From: Obrimoposthia wandeli | Taxonomy: Eukaryota | Direction of reading: 5' to 3' | Length of the DNA: 64,000 nt | Assembly: GCA_977020255.1 (NCBI GenBank) | Contig: CDROCS010001279.1 | Span: 248,001 to 312,000 of the forward strand | Shown here: positions 1-12,329 of the stretch, piece after piece | How positions within the stretch are numbered: position 1 is the first letter of the stretch | How the letters are laid out: each line of letters opens with the position of its first letter | Notes under the pieces: generated by a model | The model's input: the letters and a program-made list of their open reading frames with translations, nothing else | Database searches by the model: none | What the model was told of the DNA's origin: nothing | Position numbers and translations under genes: made by a program

Positions 1-1
1 C

Positions 2-469
2 GAGAGAATACCAGTCTCTCCGATCGAGATTAGTTCTCCTCCCAGTCAACGCTGCCTACAGGAGACGGCATCAGCTTCATTAAGCATCAGCCAAAATTTG
101 TCCAGAGTTTTGGAGACGGCCTCTGCTATGCTAACAGCATCTACCAGGCAGAACTTGAAGAGGGTCTGGAATGAAGTTGGATTGGATGATTTCCTGGTGG
201 AACTGGAAACTCCGCAACAGGCCATACTTCCAGATTCACGAGGGCAGCAGGATGCTTTCTCTCGTCAGCTTCAGCGTGAGAAGGAGGAGAAAATGAAGAA
301 AGCTCCGCGGAAAAGGAATACTACAAAACCGGCAATTTCTTCGTTGGGGCCATATACATTGACTCCTCCCAAAACGTTGCGGCAACTACTGCCAAAACCT
401 CAGGTAAGGCAAATTGCTGCACAGCAACCGGGGCAGCCGAAAAAGAAGCCAGGGCGACCAAAGAAATAA
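2..469 (+). CDS. 3' part of an ORF of unknown function, open from the window edge, with a basic/proline-rich C-terminus ending in an AT-hook-like KKKPGRPKK; probably Polinton/virus-derived
   Basis: No stop from 2 to 469 (extends the ORF-track call 98..469). Internal repeat (Q/L)ETASA...QNL. Higher GC than flanks. Lies upstream of Polinton relics. Confidence 0.45.
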   Translation, partial: ERIPVSPIEISSPPSQRCLQETASASLSISQNLSRVLETASAMLTASTRQNLKRVWNEVGLDDFLVELETPQQAILPDSRGQQDAFSRQLQREKEEKMKKAPRKRNTTKPAISSLGPYTLTPPKTLRQLLPKPQVRQIAAQQPGQPKKKPGRPKK

Positions 470-1685
470 AAGGAGCATATACCAATCAGTTGGAGGGATA
501 ACGATGATTCCAATAAATACTTTGTGAAGTGTTTTAGAAGCAATATAATTCGTAAAAATTAATTTTATGTTTTATTTAAAAAAAAATTGTATTCATTTAA
601 AAAAAAACTTTTTCATTTTAGATTTTTTTAACAAAATTTAGTTATATTAAAATACAATCATAGGTTAGAGATTTATTAAAATGTAATGTCTCATTTGAAA
701 AAAAAACTTATTCGAATGTGATTGGATTAATTAAGAATAATATAATTCTACATGTCTTTAAATTGTTTTACTTTAATTTCAAAAATATAAGTTTAAAATT
801 TATTTATATAGAAATGCAATGATTAGTTATACAGATTAATTAAATTATAAACTCTAATTTGATAAATAATATTGTATCATTCAATTGAATGTAATTGGAT
901 TAAAAATATTTCAAATTTATATAAATATTTAAATTTATTAACCTCTTCATAAATAAAAATGGAATTTACTAAAATGCATAGTCTCGTGACGAAGATAGAA
1001 CACAATATAAAAAGAAACGTGAAGAAAGGAGATTTATGAAAGAGGGTCCTCAATCAGAATCTGTACGTTGCTGTTGAGACCGAGTGGAATCGACAAGTGG
1101 AGATTCGAGACAGGCGCTTAGCTGAGCGATGACAGATGGTGGAGTGGAATAGGAAGATTGAATTGGAGCAAATACAACTGGCTGAAAAAAGAAGAGTGGA
1201 AATGGAGGACAATCGGCGAGCTGCAATAAAGAGAATCCTCCAGATTAAACCTGAAGAATAAAAATTTTTAATTTATTTTGACTTTATTGATTATTTTTGT
1301 GTTACATAATTGTCTAAATATTTTACATAACCATACTAAATATAAACAATTTTATATATAGTGTTTTTTATGAGATGGATGATAAAATAAATTGGAATAA
1401 GTTATACATTAAATTATCTCCAGATTTAATGAAAGATTATGAAAAAAATTATTTCTCAAAAAATGTTACTCCGGAAATTGTTGCAAATAAAAAATGTCAT
1501 TTACTTTCAAAATATTTAGGTAGGTTTACATTTAATATAATTTATTTTAATATTCATAGGAGAATTGAAAATATGTACCAATCTTAACGAGAAAAATTAA
1601 TCCTGAGTACTTTTATATTTTAATAAATTTTTAATTAATGATTTTTAATTTTTATTCGTGGGATTTGTTACATATTTGGGTAATT

Positions 1686-1930
1686 ATGCAAGAATATATC
1701 ATAGACTTTGAGGCTTTCATTAACAAAAATGGAGATTTTATTATAAAATAATTATGTATTATGGATATATGCGACGTTTTTCATCCTTTACATTTCATAA
1801 AGATATCCCGTTTAAGAGTTTACCTTAAATATTTCACGTGATCATCTATTAAAAATTCCACGAAATATTTGTTGACCATATCATGATCATGGTGACCATT
1901 GCGCATATAAAACATGTTTAAGTATATCTT
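1686..1930 (+). pseudogene. Degenerate Polinton/Maverick-associated small gene (putative DEDD-type exonuclease-like family)
   Basis: MQEYIIDFEAFINKNGDFIIK*LCIMDI...HPLHF, then frameshifted KDIPFKSL...HDHGDHCAYKTC. Resembles from memory the D-x-(E/Q)-(G/A)-F...FIxKELxI family found near Maverick genes. Confidence 0.4.
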
Positions 1931-2435
1931 AATATTACTTGACATGTAGATAAACTATACTTCTAATTGGAGAAATTCATTATTTACAATATAACATTTT
2001 CAGCCAATGAGAAAATACCTAAATACAAATGAACAATTCTTTTAATTGGAGGAATAAATTCAATATTTTCATCCAATAAGAAGAGAGCATGTGTGCATAA
2101 AATTTAGTATATAAGCAAACACTTTTTTCATTTCAATTCCCGATTTTTGAAATAATGAATATGGTAAGAACCTTTATTTTTTAATTCTTTATTAATATTT
2201 ATTATTTCAGATTACGTGTAACCTGTTTCCAAGCTATTGTGGTGCTTTGGCTCCGCATGGAGGAAATTCGTGCATGGCGATAATGTCCGCCTAATATCAG
2301 ACAAATTCTCATGGGCGGGTATTCTTCGTTTGCCCCTTCTGTAGAACTATAGAAGACAAGGAGTTTCGAGACTTCTTCAATGAACACCGAAATCACTTAT
2401 CCTGCTTCACGACCAACAACAAGAAGAGGGCTATA

Positions 2436-2720
2436 GTGCAATTGGTGAGCGATTCGCAGGTCGCTCCAGCTCAAGCTCCAGTTCCAGTTGAAGCCTTTCA
2501 ACTTGTTTACGGTCCTGCAATTGATCCTTCTCTCCCGTCTCTCGATTCTGCAGCTGGCTCATCAACTCAAATGACTAACAATGAATGGATGAACTTCATC
2601 TCCCAAGAAGATTTTGAGGAATTGACGACAGCATCCCAACTCTTGAACAATGACTGGATGGAAAATATCACCCAGTCAGATTTCGAGATGGAGCAGCCTC
2701 ATTGGAGTGACAATCTATGA
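2436..2720 (+). CDS. Acidic 94-aa ORF of unknown function directly upstream of a pPolB fragment
   Basis: ORF track; higher GC than flanks; duplicated motif NNEWMNFISQEDFE / NNDWMENITQSDFE. Confidence 0.35.
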   Translation: MQLVSDSQVAPAQAPVPVEAFQLVYGPAIDPSLPSLDSAAGSSTQMTNNEWMNFISQEDFEELTTASQLLNNDWMENITQSDFEMEQPHWSDNL

Positions 2721-2729
2721 TAATTTTGT

Positions 2730-3190
2730 AATTGAAATTGGAAGAAACCTAGATGAAAAATTGCTAATTATAGCGAGTTAAGTAGTGTTTGGACTCTGGT
2801 TAGAATTCACGATGTTAGCTTTGTTCTAACAAAGTTCACTTACATTATATATCTTTTGGGGAGTTCATACATTCCTTCACCTAGATCTCTTCAACTTTCA
2901 CATTCCATTGTTAACGTACAAAACAGTGATAACCTTTGCTTTCTGTATAGCGTGATGGCCATCTTCAAAATATATGTAAATACTGAGCACAGAGAGCGTG
3001 TCAGTAAATATATCCCTTTTTAAATGAATTGCAGAATCACCGAATATATTTTCCTGTTAAATTAACTGCGATATAAAGATTTGAACACCTTAATAACTTG
3101 AGGATTAATGTATTCAAATATAATACTGATATCCCAGTTTATGTATCAGATGAAGAAATTTTTTTAAATACTTTTGTAGATGTTATTTAT
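2730..3190 (+). pseudogene. Polinton/Maverick protein-primed DNA polymerase B, N-terminal fragment
   Basis: LDEKIANYSELSSVWTLVRIHDV...LGSSYIPSPRSL...SIVNVQNSDNLCFLYSVMA...RERVSKYIPF matches the pPolB N-terminal pattern (SGW...GSSYIPLP...IN.KN.DN.CFL.S...RVSKY). Contains stops and frameshifts. Confidence 0.75.
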
Positions 3191-4409
3191 AGGAGCAAAA
3201 ATTAGGGGAGTGCGGCCGTATCCACGATTTCAAGATTTCATTATTTTTGAGTCATTTTTCAATGATCTTTGTGTATTTTTGAGCGATTTGTGTGGTTTTG
3301 ACCATTATCATCAAACTCATGTACATATTATTTAAGCTTCCATTATTTGAAAGGTAAGTATGAAATATCGTATTATATTCTTCCTATATAAATTAATACA
3401 AGTTTCAATATACAAAAATTGTTTTCTGTAATAATCTACTTTTATATGAATGAACTTATAATGTTATTGCTCAACTTTGAAAATATCTAATAAAGCTGTT
3501 ACAATTGAATGCATAAAAATTTCTTCTAAAATGCAATTTTAAAAAGTAATTTGGTTTAATTAAATTCAATCATTTCGTTATATTAAACATTTAGATTTGT
3601 CTTTGTTATAAATTATCATAAAATAAGTTTTCATTGAAGAACTAATTATAATAAATACGTTCATATCAAAGACAATTATCAATGGTGGAACAATGCCAGC
3701 AAATATGAAGCGATGATGAAGATGCCTGAACGTGCTCATATCCCTAAGTTTTGATTAATTCTTTCAGTTCTTTCCTCCTGCATTACTTTAAATTTTATTT
3801 TATCACGTTTATTTCAATTGTATAATTCTGTGTGTATTGACTATTGACCTTATTCAAGTAAAAAATTGTAATATTTTTTTCATTTCTGGTTATGCTGTTT
3901 AATAATATTTGATTAAACGTCTAATGGAGATAAAATCCAGCCTTCACCCTCATTGATCAATTATGATGTAACACTTCCTTTACGAGTCCATGCACAAGTT
4001 GTATTAATATATATGTACATGTATTACGTCATACTATCTACCATGTGTATTATTGGAAAATAATTATAATCCCAAATTCATTGTCAGTGTAGATAATTGT
4101 AAATTTAAAAATGGGTACGCAAAATAACTACTTATTTTGTTTGCGCTATAATATGTGAATAAAATGTCACATAACATAGTTTTTGAATGTCAACCATAGC
4201 AAAAATAAGAGTATTTAATATTACAATATGAAACCCGTACAATTGTACTGACCTGGGTTGTTAAGTGTTAAAGAGAAACTCTTAGAAAAAATTGTATTTA
4301 CAAGCTTTTGTATTTAATATCTTTTTAGCATGGATCATCTTCTGAGTTATATACGATTTTTTTTAAACCTGATAGAATTTTCAAAGAAAAACATTGTAAT
4401 ATATATTAA

Positions 4410-6742
4410 CACTAGAACCACCAAAGCAGTCAAAGTGACTGTTTATATTATAAAATGAACTGTAACTTACTTTTTTAATAATATTTTTTCTGATATTTCA
4501 TGACATTTACTAATTTTTGTTCTACTTTAAAAATTTCAATACATTAGTGCTTCAAGATGCACAAATAATGGATTATTTAAAATTTATAAATAAACCGCCG
4601 AAACAGTCCTTCTGACTGTTTAAAAATTAATGGTAATATTTAAGTTAAAAATAATTAGTAACAAATGTCAATACATTAAAATATATTAAATAGATATCAA
4701 ATACAATTTTTACACTTAATGAGTGTTGATTTTGTCCCAATACACAGCAAATATTTTCACAATTTGAACATAGATCAGTAGTCTGTACTCTAATATTTCT
4801 GGATTCTCATTGATCTATTGTCTACCTAATTTTAAAAGTGTGCATAACTCTTCTCATTCAGCTAGTAAAAAAGCTTTACGACTAAAAGCTTTTCTATAAA
4901 TTATCCAGGAGTTTATTCCAGCAAAATCAATTATATTATCAAATACCGCTACTGGCCATCTTTAAGTCCCTGAACGAAATAATTAATCATGCAAATCCAT
5001 TTCTATATCTAACATATTGATAGGAAGTTCCATTTTGTTACTACGCATTGTATCAACTAAGCTACATTTTCTTTTAGCTAAATCTTTAGCAAGAGCAAGC
5101 GATGTAAAGAAATTAACTTTAGTGGTATATCCAGACCATTATATAGTTCTACCAGCGTTTTTACAAGATATTGACTCAGTTGTATATCAGGTGGTTGGGC
5201 TTCATCTTTGCCAAAATATGGAATACCATTCAAACATATTTTGAATCTACTTCGCATAAAAGCCAAAACTTTATTCCAAATTTATCCGGTTTATTAGACA
5301 TATATTGTATAAATGGACATCTCATTTTACAGGACATCAATTGATCTTCGACAGTCAAATTTTCCGTTGGGATATAAGTGTTGAGGTCCAAAATCGGACG
5401 AATTTAATAAAATAATAAAAATAATTGGCATGAGATATGAGACACCACATCGCACAAGAAAAACAAAGTGGAATTTAGTAGACACAGAATCGATTTCTGT
5501 AATACACCACGACTTGTGTGGATTTGTCAGAAACAGAAATGAACGAATCCTTTCGAACCATCGACGAACATATCCGCCTATTGACCAACATGAATCATAC
5601 AAAAAGGAAGAAATAGCTAGAATCGAGGCACAATTTTCGACGCTTGTCGAAGAATCAGACAAGACTGAATTTTCCTACGAGAGGAAAACTCAAAGCCGGA
5701 TACAACAAAAAGCAAATACCGACAGTAATCGCGAGGACGAAATCGCGACAGGACCAAGGACCGAATTACAAACGGCGAGTGGATTGATTTGAGATGGTAT
5801 TTTGTTAAAATCGTTTGAATTTAATTTAGTAATTATCATTACTTTAGTTTATTTAGTATATTAATTGTGAACATTGAGCTATTCTGTACACGGACAGTCT
5901 CTTGTTAAGTAACTAGAAAACATCAGGGCAAAATCTATCTAGCCTGAAACAGGCCCGAGCCTTATATAACTTTTATCCCTTTTCTGTATTGATAAAATTA
6001 GCCTGTACACGACCCAAAACATTTTCCAGACACTTCTGGATAAATTGGACTGAGTTCACGAGACTCTTTTTTAGTATTTTATATTTGTGAGTTGACGTAT
6101 TTTAGTTTGATTTGGTTTTGAATAAAATATTGGTTTTTGAATGTAATTGTATTTTCGAATAAGATACATATGACCAGGAAAGCCTGATAATTTCTGAGAA
6201 TAGTTTTTACCGTACACGATTATAGAATCTAGAGAATAGCCTCATGTTTAACCGAAAACATACATCTTAGAAGTCATAGGTTCACTGATCAAGTGAACGT
6301 TTGAAATTAAAATTGTGGCAGATAAAAACATATACCTTCAGATAATGTTTGAGGCTGAAAGGGTAGGCCGTCCATACAAGACCTATCACTCTAAAGAACT
6401 CACAAATCATAGTCTTCCATAAGAAGTACTTCAACTCTGGTCCCAACAAAATCTAACTGACTGTTTTCTAAGAATCTATTCCATATCCAAGATACAATAC
6501 CAAATTTGTCAGACATCAATCGAAAACTTCTATTTTGTTTATCATCTAATCTTAAGAAACGCATAATATCACGGAATCTCTTTCGAGATAAAGCATTTTT
6601 GAATATTTGCATAACCAATTTATCTGACCACAAGTCTTCTAAATTCATTTTATAATTTCCTGTCACTCCATTTATTATAAATAGCAGTCACAATAACTGT
6701 TTTTGGCGGTTTATATATTAAAAAAATTCGGCGGTTCTAGTG
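4410..6742 (-). mobile_element. piggyBac (PGBD4-like) element, internally deleted, interrupted by a solo-LTR-like insert
   Basis: TTAA at 4406-4409 and 6743-6746. TIRs CACTAGAACCACC / CACTAGAACCGCC. Subterminal inverted repeats AAACCGCC.AAACAGT...TGACTG near 4593 and 6685. Transposase pieces SRKRFRDIMRFLRLDDK...WNRFLENSQ | YIPTENLTVEDQL..FIQYMSNKPDKFGIK...NGIPYFGKDE, and a C-terminal Cys motif near 4700. Confidence 0.9.
5379..6448 (+). mobile_element. Solo-LTR-like insertion (1070 bp)
   Basis: Starts TGTTG, ends CAACA. Splits the piggyBac transposase between ENSQ and YIPTENLT. TATA-like sequence near 5960 and AATAAA near 6121. No clean TSD. Confidence 0.65.
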
Positions 6743-9700
6743 TTAAACAGGCATCAAATTATACGTGTTATAAATCACGTGACAATATCAAAAATTAAAA
6801 ATAAATATTTTTTTGAAATTTTGTCATGTAATACTGGATTAATCTTAGGAAACAGCATCTAACTAGAAGCCAACATCAAGCTGGTGGATATTCATTCATG
6901 TGCAATAAGTGACAGTAAAATATCAGAGTTGTAATTTAGTAAACGAAACACTAAATAGTGAAAGATATAAGAATTAGTTGCAGGCGGACGTATTAAACAC
7001 AGTGAATGAGATGAGCTTTAATGCACTACTGTATGGGTCAAAATCAACAATGAAATACTTGAATATTATTAATATATTTTTTAAAGTAGCCTTTCTCTAG
7101 ATTTTAATTTGAGACATGTGGAATTACTGTTGAAACTTTTTTACAAATATGACCGTTAATTTAATTCAAAATATGATATAAAGAAAAAATAATTAAACAT
7201 GGTAAAATTTTCCGAAAGCATGTATGAAAGAATATTTACTTGTGTTATTAAAATGTTTTTCAGCAAAATATTAATAATAATATAAATTTATTGTTTTTCA
7301 GATCTTTATCTTTTACTATTTAAAAAAATCCATTATTAGATTATCTATTTCATAATTTACCTTTTTTTGTATGATACAAGATGAAATCATGATTTAAATA
7401 AACATAATCTATTATAAATTACTTCACTGTTTTTTTTCAAAATTTGCTAATTTAAAATTATTCCATGTGATATGGTGCTATTGCTTTCTATCGCATACTA
7501 CTAACTAAATAAAATTGTTTCAGAAATAGAAATTTATACGAGTATTTTCAATTTATTTACTTAGAATAACAAATTTAGAAGCTTCGCTGACAACTTCTAA
7601 CTGGTTTATGCAATTTTATTTTTTAAATATTTTCTAGTGTTAAAATCAATAGTAAAAATTTCTGATCTAATCGAATGATCACAATTTTCTAACCCAATCA
7701 GTGTTTATTGGTTTTAGCTATTACTTAAACGTTATCGTATTTATAATCACCATTCATTTAAATTTTTTAAATTAGATACACTAATTTGACTGGTAAACTA
7801 AAATACTTTCTACTAAGGTTACATGATAGCAAATGTCAAAGAAAAAAGGTCAAAAAGCTGGATAAAGAAGCGAATATAACGATTGGAGCTTCTCAGATTA
7901 AATATGACACATCACAAAATAGTATTTGCAAGCAGCTATTCCCAAACGGATGCATGAAATCAAATAAAAAATTCAGCCAATATATTTGAAGCGACGTAAG
8001 GGCATTTTGAGACCATCAAAGATTCAAAGATACGCCTTGAAGACGATTAGCGACAACTTTATTGCAACATGTCCTAAACAATTGAAATAATGTAGCGGCA
8101 AAATTTTCTAGGTCTTGATGTGTATAATCATTCTGGAGAATAGTCAAAGTAAGCAAATTTTTAAAACAAGGCACATGTATGTGAATTTGTATCGCAAAGG
8201 CTGTATTAAGATAGTTTGGTTACCTTTAAAAACCCATCATGAATATATTGTAATATGGCTTGATAGAACTGCAGTTCACTATAAAGAATGTTCCTAGCAA
8301 TTTTTAAGACAAACAAATATGGTATGTTGTTCGAAATGAGAATTCTCCCAACGTCCAATTGAGGGATGGTGTTCTATTATATTACCATATTCTGATAGTT
8401 CTGATATTTAGTTTGTTTTATTTGAAATATACTATTTTCTAGAATACTACGATAGATTTTTCTTTATTTTTAGTTTAGACGCAATTGTTAGTGAATTTTA
8501 AAACAAAACTTCAAGTGTTTCTTTATCAGTTTATTTATGGAAAATAATAATAGTAATAGCAATAATAAATACATCGTCAAAAAGTCCGCGAAATGAACAA
8601 AAAAACCACGGTCAAAATTATATATAAAAGCCATCCAATCCCGAATCATGTATGTATCTGTGTACAGAGATAGTTTGTAGTCCCTTCAAACAACGGTGTA
8701 TATGAAGTGATTGGTGGAAGAGGGAGTGTAGAAAGTAAAATACAATGAAACTTGAGTGTTTATGTGCGTGAAAATAATCATCAGTAATGATTGAGAATGC
8801 AGCCTGTGATCCAGATCCAAAATGGTGGTGATAACAAATGTCGTCGTGGCTTTTCTATAACCAGAAATTAAGACTCTAAAATCGACCTTATGCCCAGAAA
8901 ATGATTATTTTAGTGTTAATCAATCAACTGAAAAAAAAACAGAATATCTTTTACAATCTGATGGCCATTTAAATAACTATTTCCAAGTTATTTTGATTAA
9001 TTCAATCTAATAATTTTTCTATCTCTTTTTGACAATAACTTTTCCAGATTTGAAATTGAATTAGTCTCTGTTAACTGACCGATTTATTTGTTTCAAACAT
9101 GCAGATTTTGAGTAACAAAACCACAATGTACAGGAAAAGCTCGAATCTTTGAGAATGTCGACCCTTATATTTTCGCATTAGCTATACATGTTTAATTATT
9201 CCAGTTCAATTAGAAATGCTCCTGCAGATTTATTGGTCCTGAAACTTAAAGTTATAGACAAATAGAAAATGAGATGGAATCTTATTTTAATTCAACTTTT
9301 ATAATATCTTAGATTTCTTTTCTCTGAATGTAATTCTTATAAATTAACTTTACTTCACACATAAATAATGCAGCGATTTTCGATGCTATGGTTTACGGTT
9401 TAATAAGATTCCAAAGTATGTTCTGAGACATTTTCAAAAATCGAGTACATCAACATTGAAGGACACGGAAAAAAGAAAGAGGACACTGGAAAATTGTGAA
9501 TGTGTGCAATTGGGACATGTACAGTAAATCACAATAAAATTCAAAGCATACCGACTTTTAATGCCCTTTTTACTCAAATAAACATCAATTAGGTTCTAAA
9601 ACTGTCCTTGTGGACAAAATTGTAACTCGATAGATCTTCGGAAATTCGTTACTCGACGATGATAATTGATTTAGAATAACGTATATGTACAAGGACGTAT

Positions 9701-11399
9701 TTTGAGCATTGATGATAGTCTAGCAATGTCTGTTTTATTATAGCAAAACACAGTTGGAAATAAACACACTAAACACAAAGAGATCGATATTGGCTTAAAG
9801 ATATATAATCTCAAGAAAACTGAATGGGAACTCCACTTCTGGTGTTAAGAAACAATTCTGTCAAACAAAGAAAATTAGAAATGTTATTTCTATAGTGTGG
9901 ACAATACAAATTTCCCCAATAAATTTGTCCGACACTGTTATTATCTCTCTAAATTGTATCATTAATGTTTTTTCATGTTTATTAAGTATGAATATGTTTA
10001 ACAAATTGTAAAGATTTTGGGAGAAAATGGGAATTTGGTAATGTAAGACTGATGGGAAATGTTTGATGGGAGTTTTAAAAGGCCCAATTTGTATTATTTT
10101 TGTTTCTAAACTACTAATTGTGTTGTAAGTTAAGTTTATATAATTACGTCGGATTTAAGTCATTTTCTCTTTGTACTTAGAATTGATAACTGTTTTCACG
10201 TCAGTATTTTTGATAAAATTCAGCAGGAAAATCAGTGGGAGAGAAGAAGCAAATCGAGAGAAAAGAGAGGTAAAAACGAGTGAGAGTGGGTGGACAACAG
10301 CTGAAAAACAGAGCAAGAAAGCGAGGAAGAAAGCATCATTGGTTGCGTAAAGAAGACGGATGATATATTTACAGTAAGTAGAGTGAATTGATAGAGTGAA
10401 TTGAGTGGATGAAAGATAAGTCTGCTTGAGTGTGTGAGAGCGGGAAAGTTGTGTCTGTTTATGTGTGAAATATCTGTACAGTTTAGTGAGGTGATTGAAT
10501 ATAAATCTTATTTACAAAATAAATTACAAAATGAGAAAAATTATAAACAGCAAATGATACTTGTGTTTCTGTTTTGACTTCTATTCGCCAACGGACATCT
10601 TTGGCAGTGTTTTTGAGAACAAATTGTCTGCGAGAAGAAGCATAGGTAAATTCATTGTGATACATTTCAATGAACCAGTGGAGTTCTTTCTTTGAATAGT
10701 TTTGAAATTTAAAAATAATTGAAATAGTTAATAAATATTGTTGAAAATGTTACATTTAATAAATGGCAAACAACGGGTTAGCAAAAAAAAAGAAACATTC
10801 CCACAAGTCGGTATTATGAGGATGTGATATGGGTTAGACGACAGACCATCACGAATTCTTGGAGTTCTTGTTTCAGTCAATGGGTTTGTGAACATTGACA
10901 TTAATATTGTGTACAAAGAAACAATAATTGGTCACTACCACATATGAATTGGTAACATATATTATAATTTATATGAATATTATGGTTATTCTATGAAAGC
11001 GTAATTAAAATTCGCCTTTATTGAATGAACAATTAATAATGGCTGACTGAAGTAAACGTACTGAAGAAATTTAGCAGCCTAATAGTATCATTATTGTGCC
11101 AAGTATTGCAGTAAATACAGTTTAAGAAGATAATATGAGAAATATTTATTATTAATGAACACACTCGTGTTATTTAAGCATGCGAAAAATTGTAAGAACT
11201 GAAAAATTGGTGATCAGAAACGAATAGGAAGACCGAATGAGGCGATCAAGACATAAATATGATAACAAGCGACGTGAACGACTATTTTTGTCAGGTAAAT
11301 GTGTAATTTATGCAGAAAGAAAGGGCAGTATTCAAATGTTATTTTGGTCTAAGGAAAATCCGCAATTTCACCAGGTTTCTACTTTAGAAGCGAAGGGAT

Positions 11400-11700
11400 A
11401 CTCTTGTGCTCCTACTGTAAAACAGATTGGGCTCATGCTCACACAGTCGCGGTCATATGAGAATACCTGAAGGAGACCTTCCAGTACAGGTGAGTAGTTT
11501 GGCCTAACACCTTTATCACCTCAAACTCCTGTCTTGAAGTAGTGTGATACCTTGATGTATTTTGAAGACCACCATTTATTCACTGAAGACTCAGACTGTC
11601 AACAAATCGTTGGCAATTGTCACACAAGAAATACGTCCCTTTCTGCAATAAGGGCCTCAAAGTATTAATGACCTCTGGCTACATTTGTATATCGAAAAGA
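11400..11700 (-). pseudogene. Very degenerate mariner-like transposase fragment
   Basis: GITLLQDRS... followed by ILI*PRLCEHEPNLF, loosely resembling LLHDNA...HPPYSPDLAPSDFHLF. Confidence 0.3.
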
Positions 11701-12199
11701 AGGATTTGTAGATCGATCCTTTGTTGTAAATATTGGGAATATTTGTGTAACAGAGTGAAATTATATACACTCTTAATTTTAAAAATTCTATGAGGTAGTG
11801 ACTCGTGGGACATACTGTACATATTATGGATGTCAAGAAATAATATATACATTTTATGTACGCGTAGGAACACGAAAATTGTTACCTTATAAGAATCTAG
11901 GTTTAGTTTTCTTTGAGTAAACATTAGATTAATTTTGAAATGATAGGATTTTGCATCTTATTATTTATTTTAATCCTCGTAAATTGTTGCATGAGTTTTT
12001 TTTTCAGTCAAAGATACAAATATTATAGATTAAGCAATCATGTATAGCTCGGAATGACTAGTGAGTCACTTATGGTAAGTACAACTGCCAATGCGGAGTT
12101 CTGCTTATCAAAAGTGATCCACTCGGCATTTGTATTTAATCGTTTGACTTCAATAAAGCCACAAATCGAAGTCATTTAAAATGTCATTGAAAAGACTCA

Positions 12200-12329
12200 C
12201 TATTCCATGACAATATCATCTAACTCGAAGGCATCCATCATACAGTCATCTGGATCATCTTCCTGCCGTTCTTCCTCTTCATCGGCCTCCTCATCAGCAT
12301 CATCGTTGTCACTATATTGGGAGCGAATA
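12200..12329 (-). CDS. MITF: MiT/TFE exon 9 (terminal, acidic tail ...DAFELDDIVME*)
   Basis: Acceptor tttag|t; phase 2 join cg|t gives R-IRSQYSDNDDADEE...; stop at 12200-12202. Confidence 0.75.

Noticed and set aside
9000-9900. Possible hAT transposase remnant on the minus strand
   Set aside because: Only vague motif resemblance across several frameshifts; cannot be supported.
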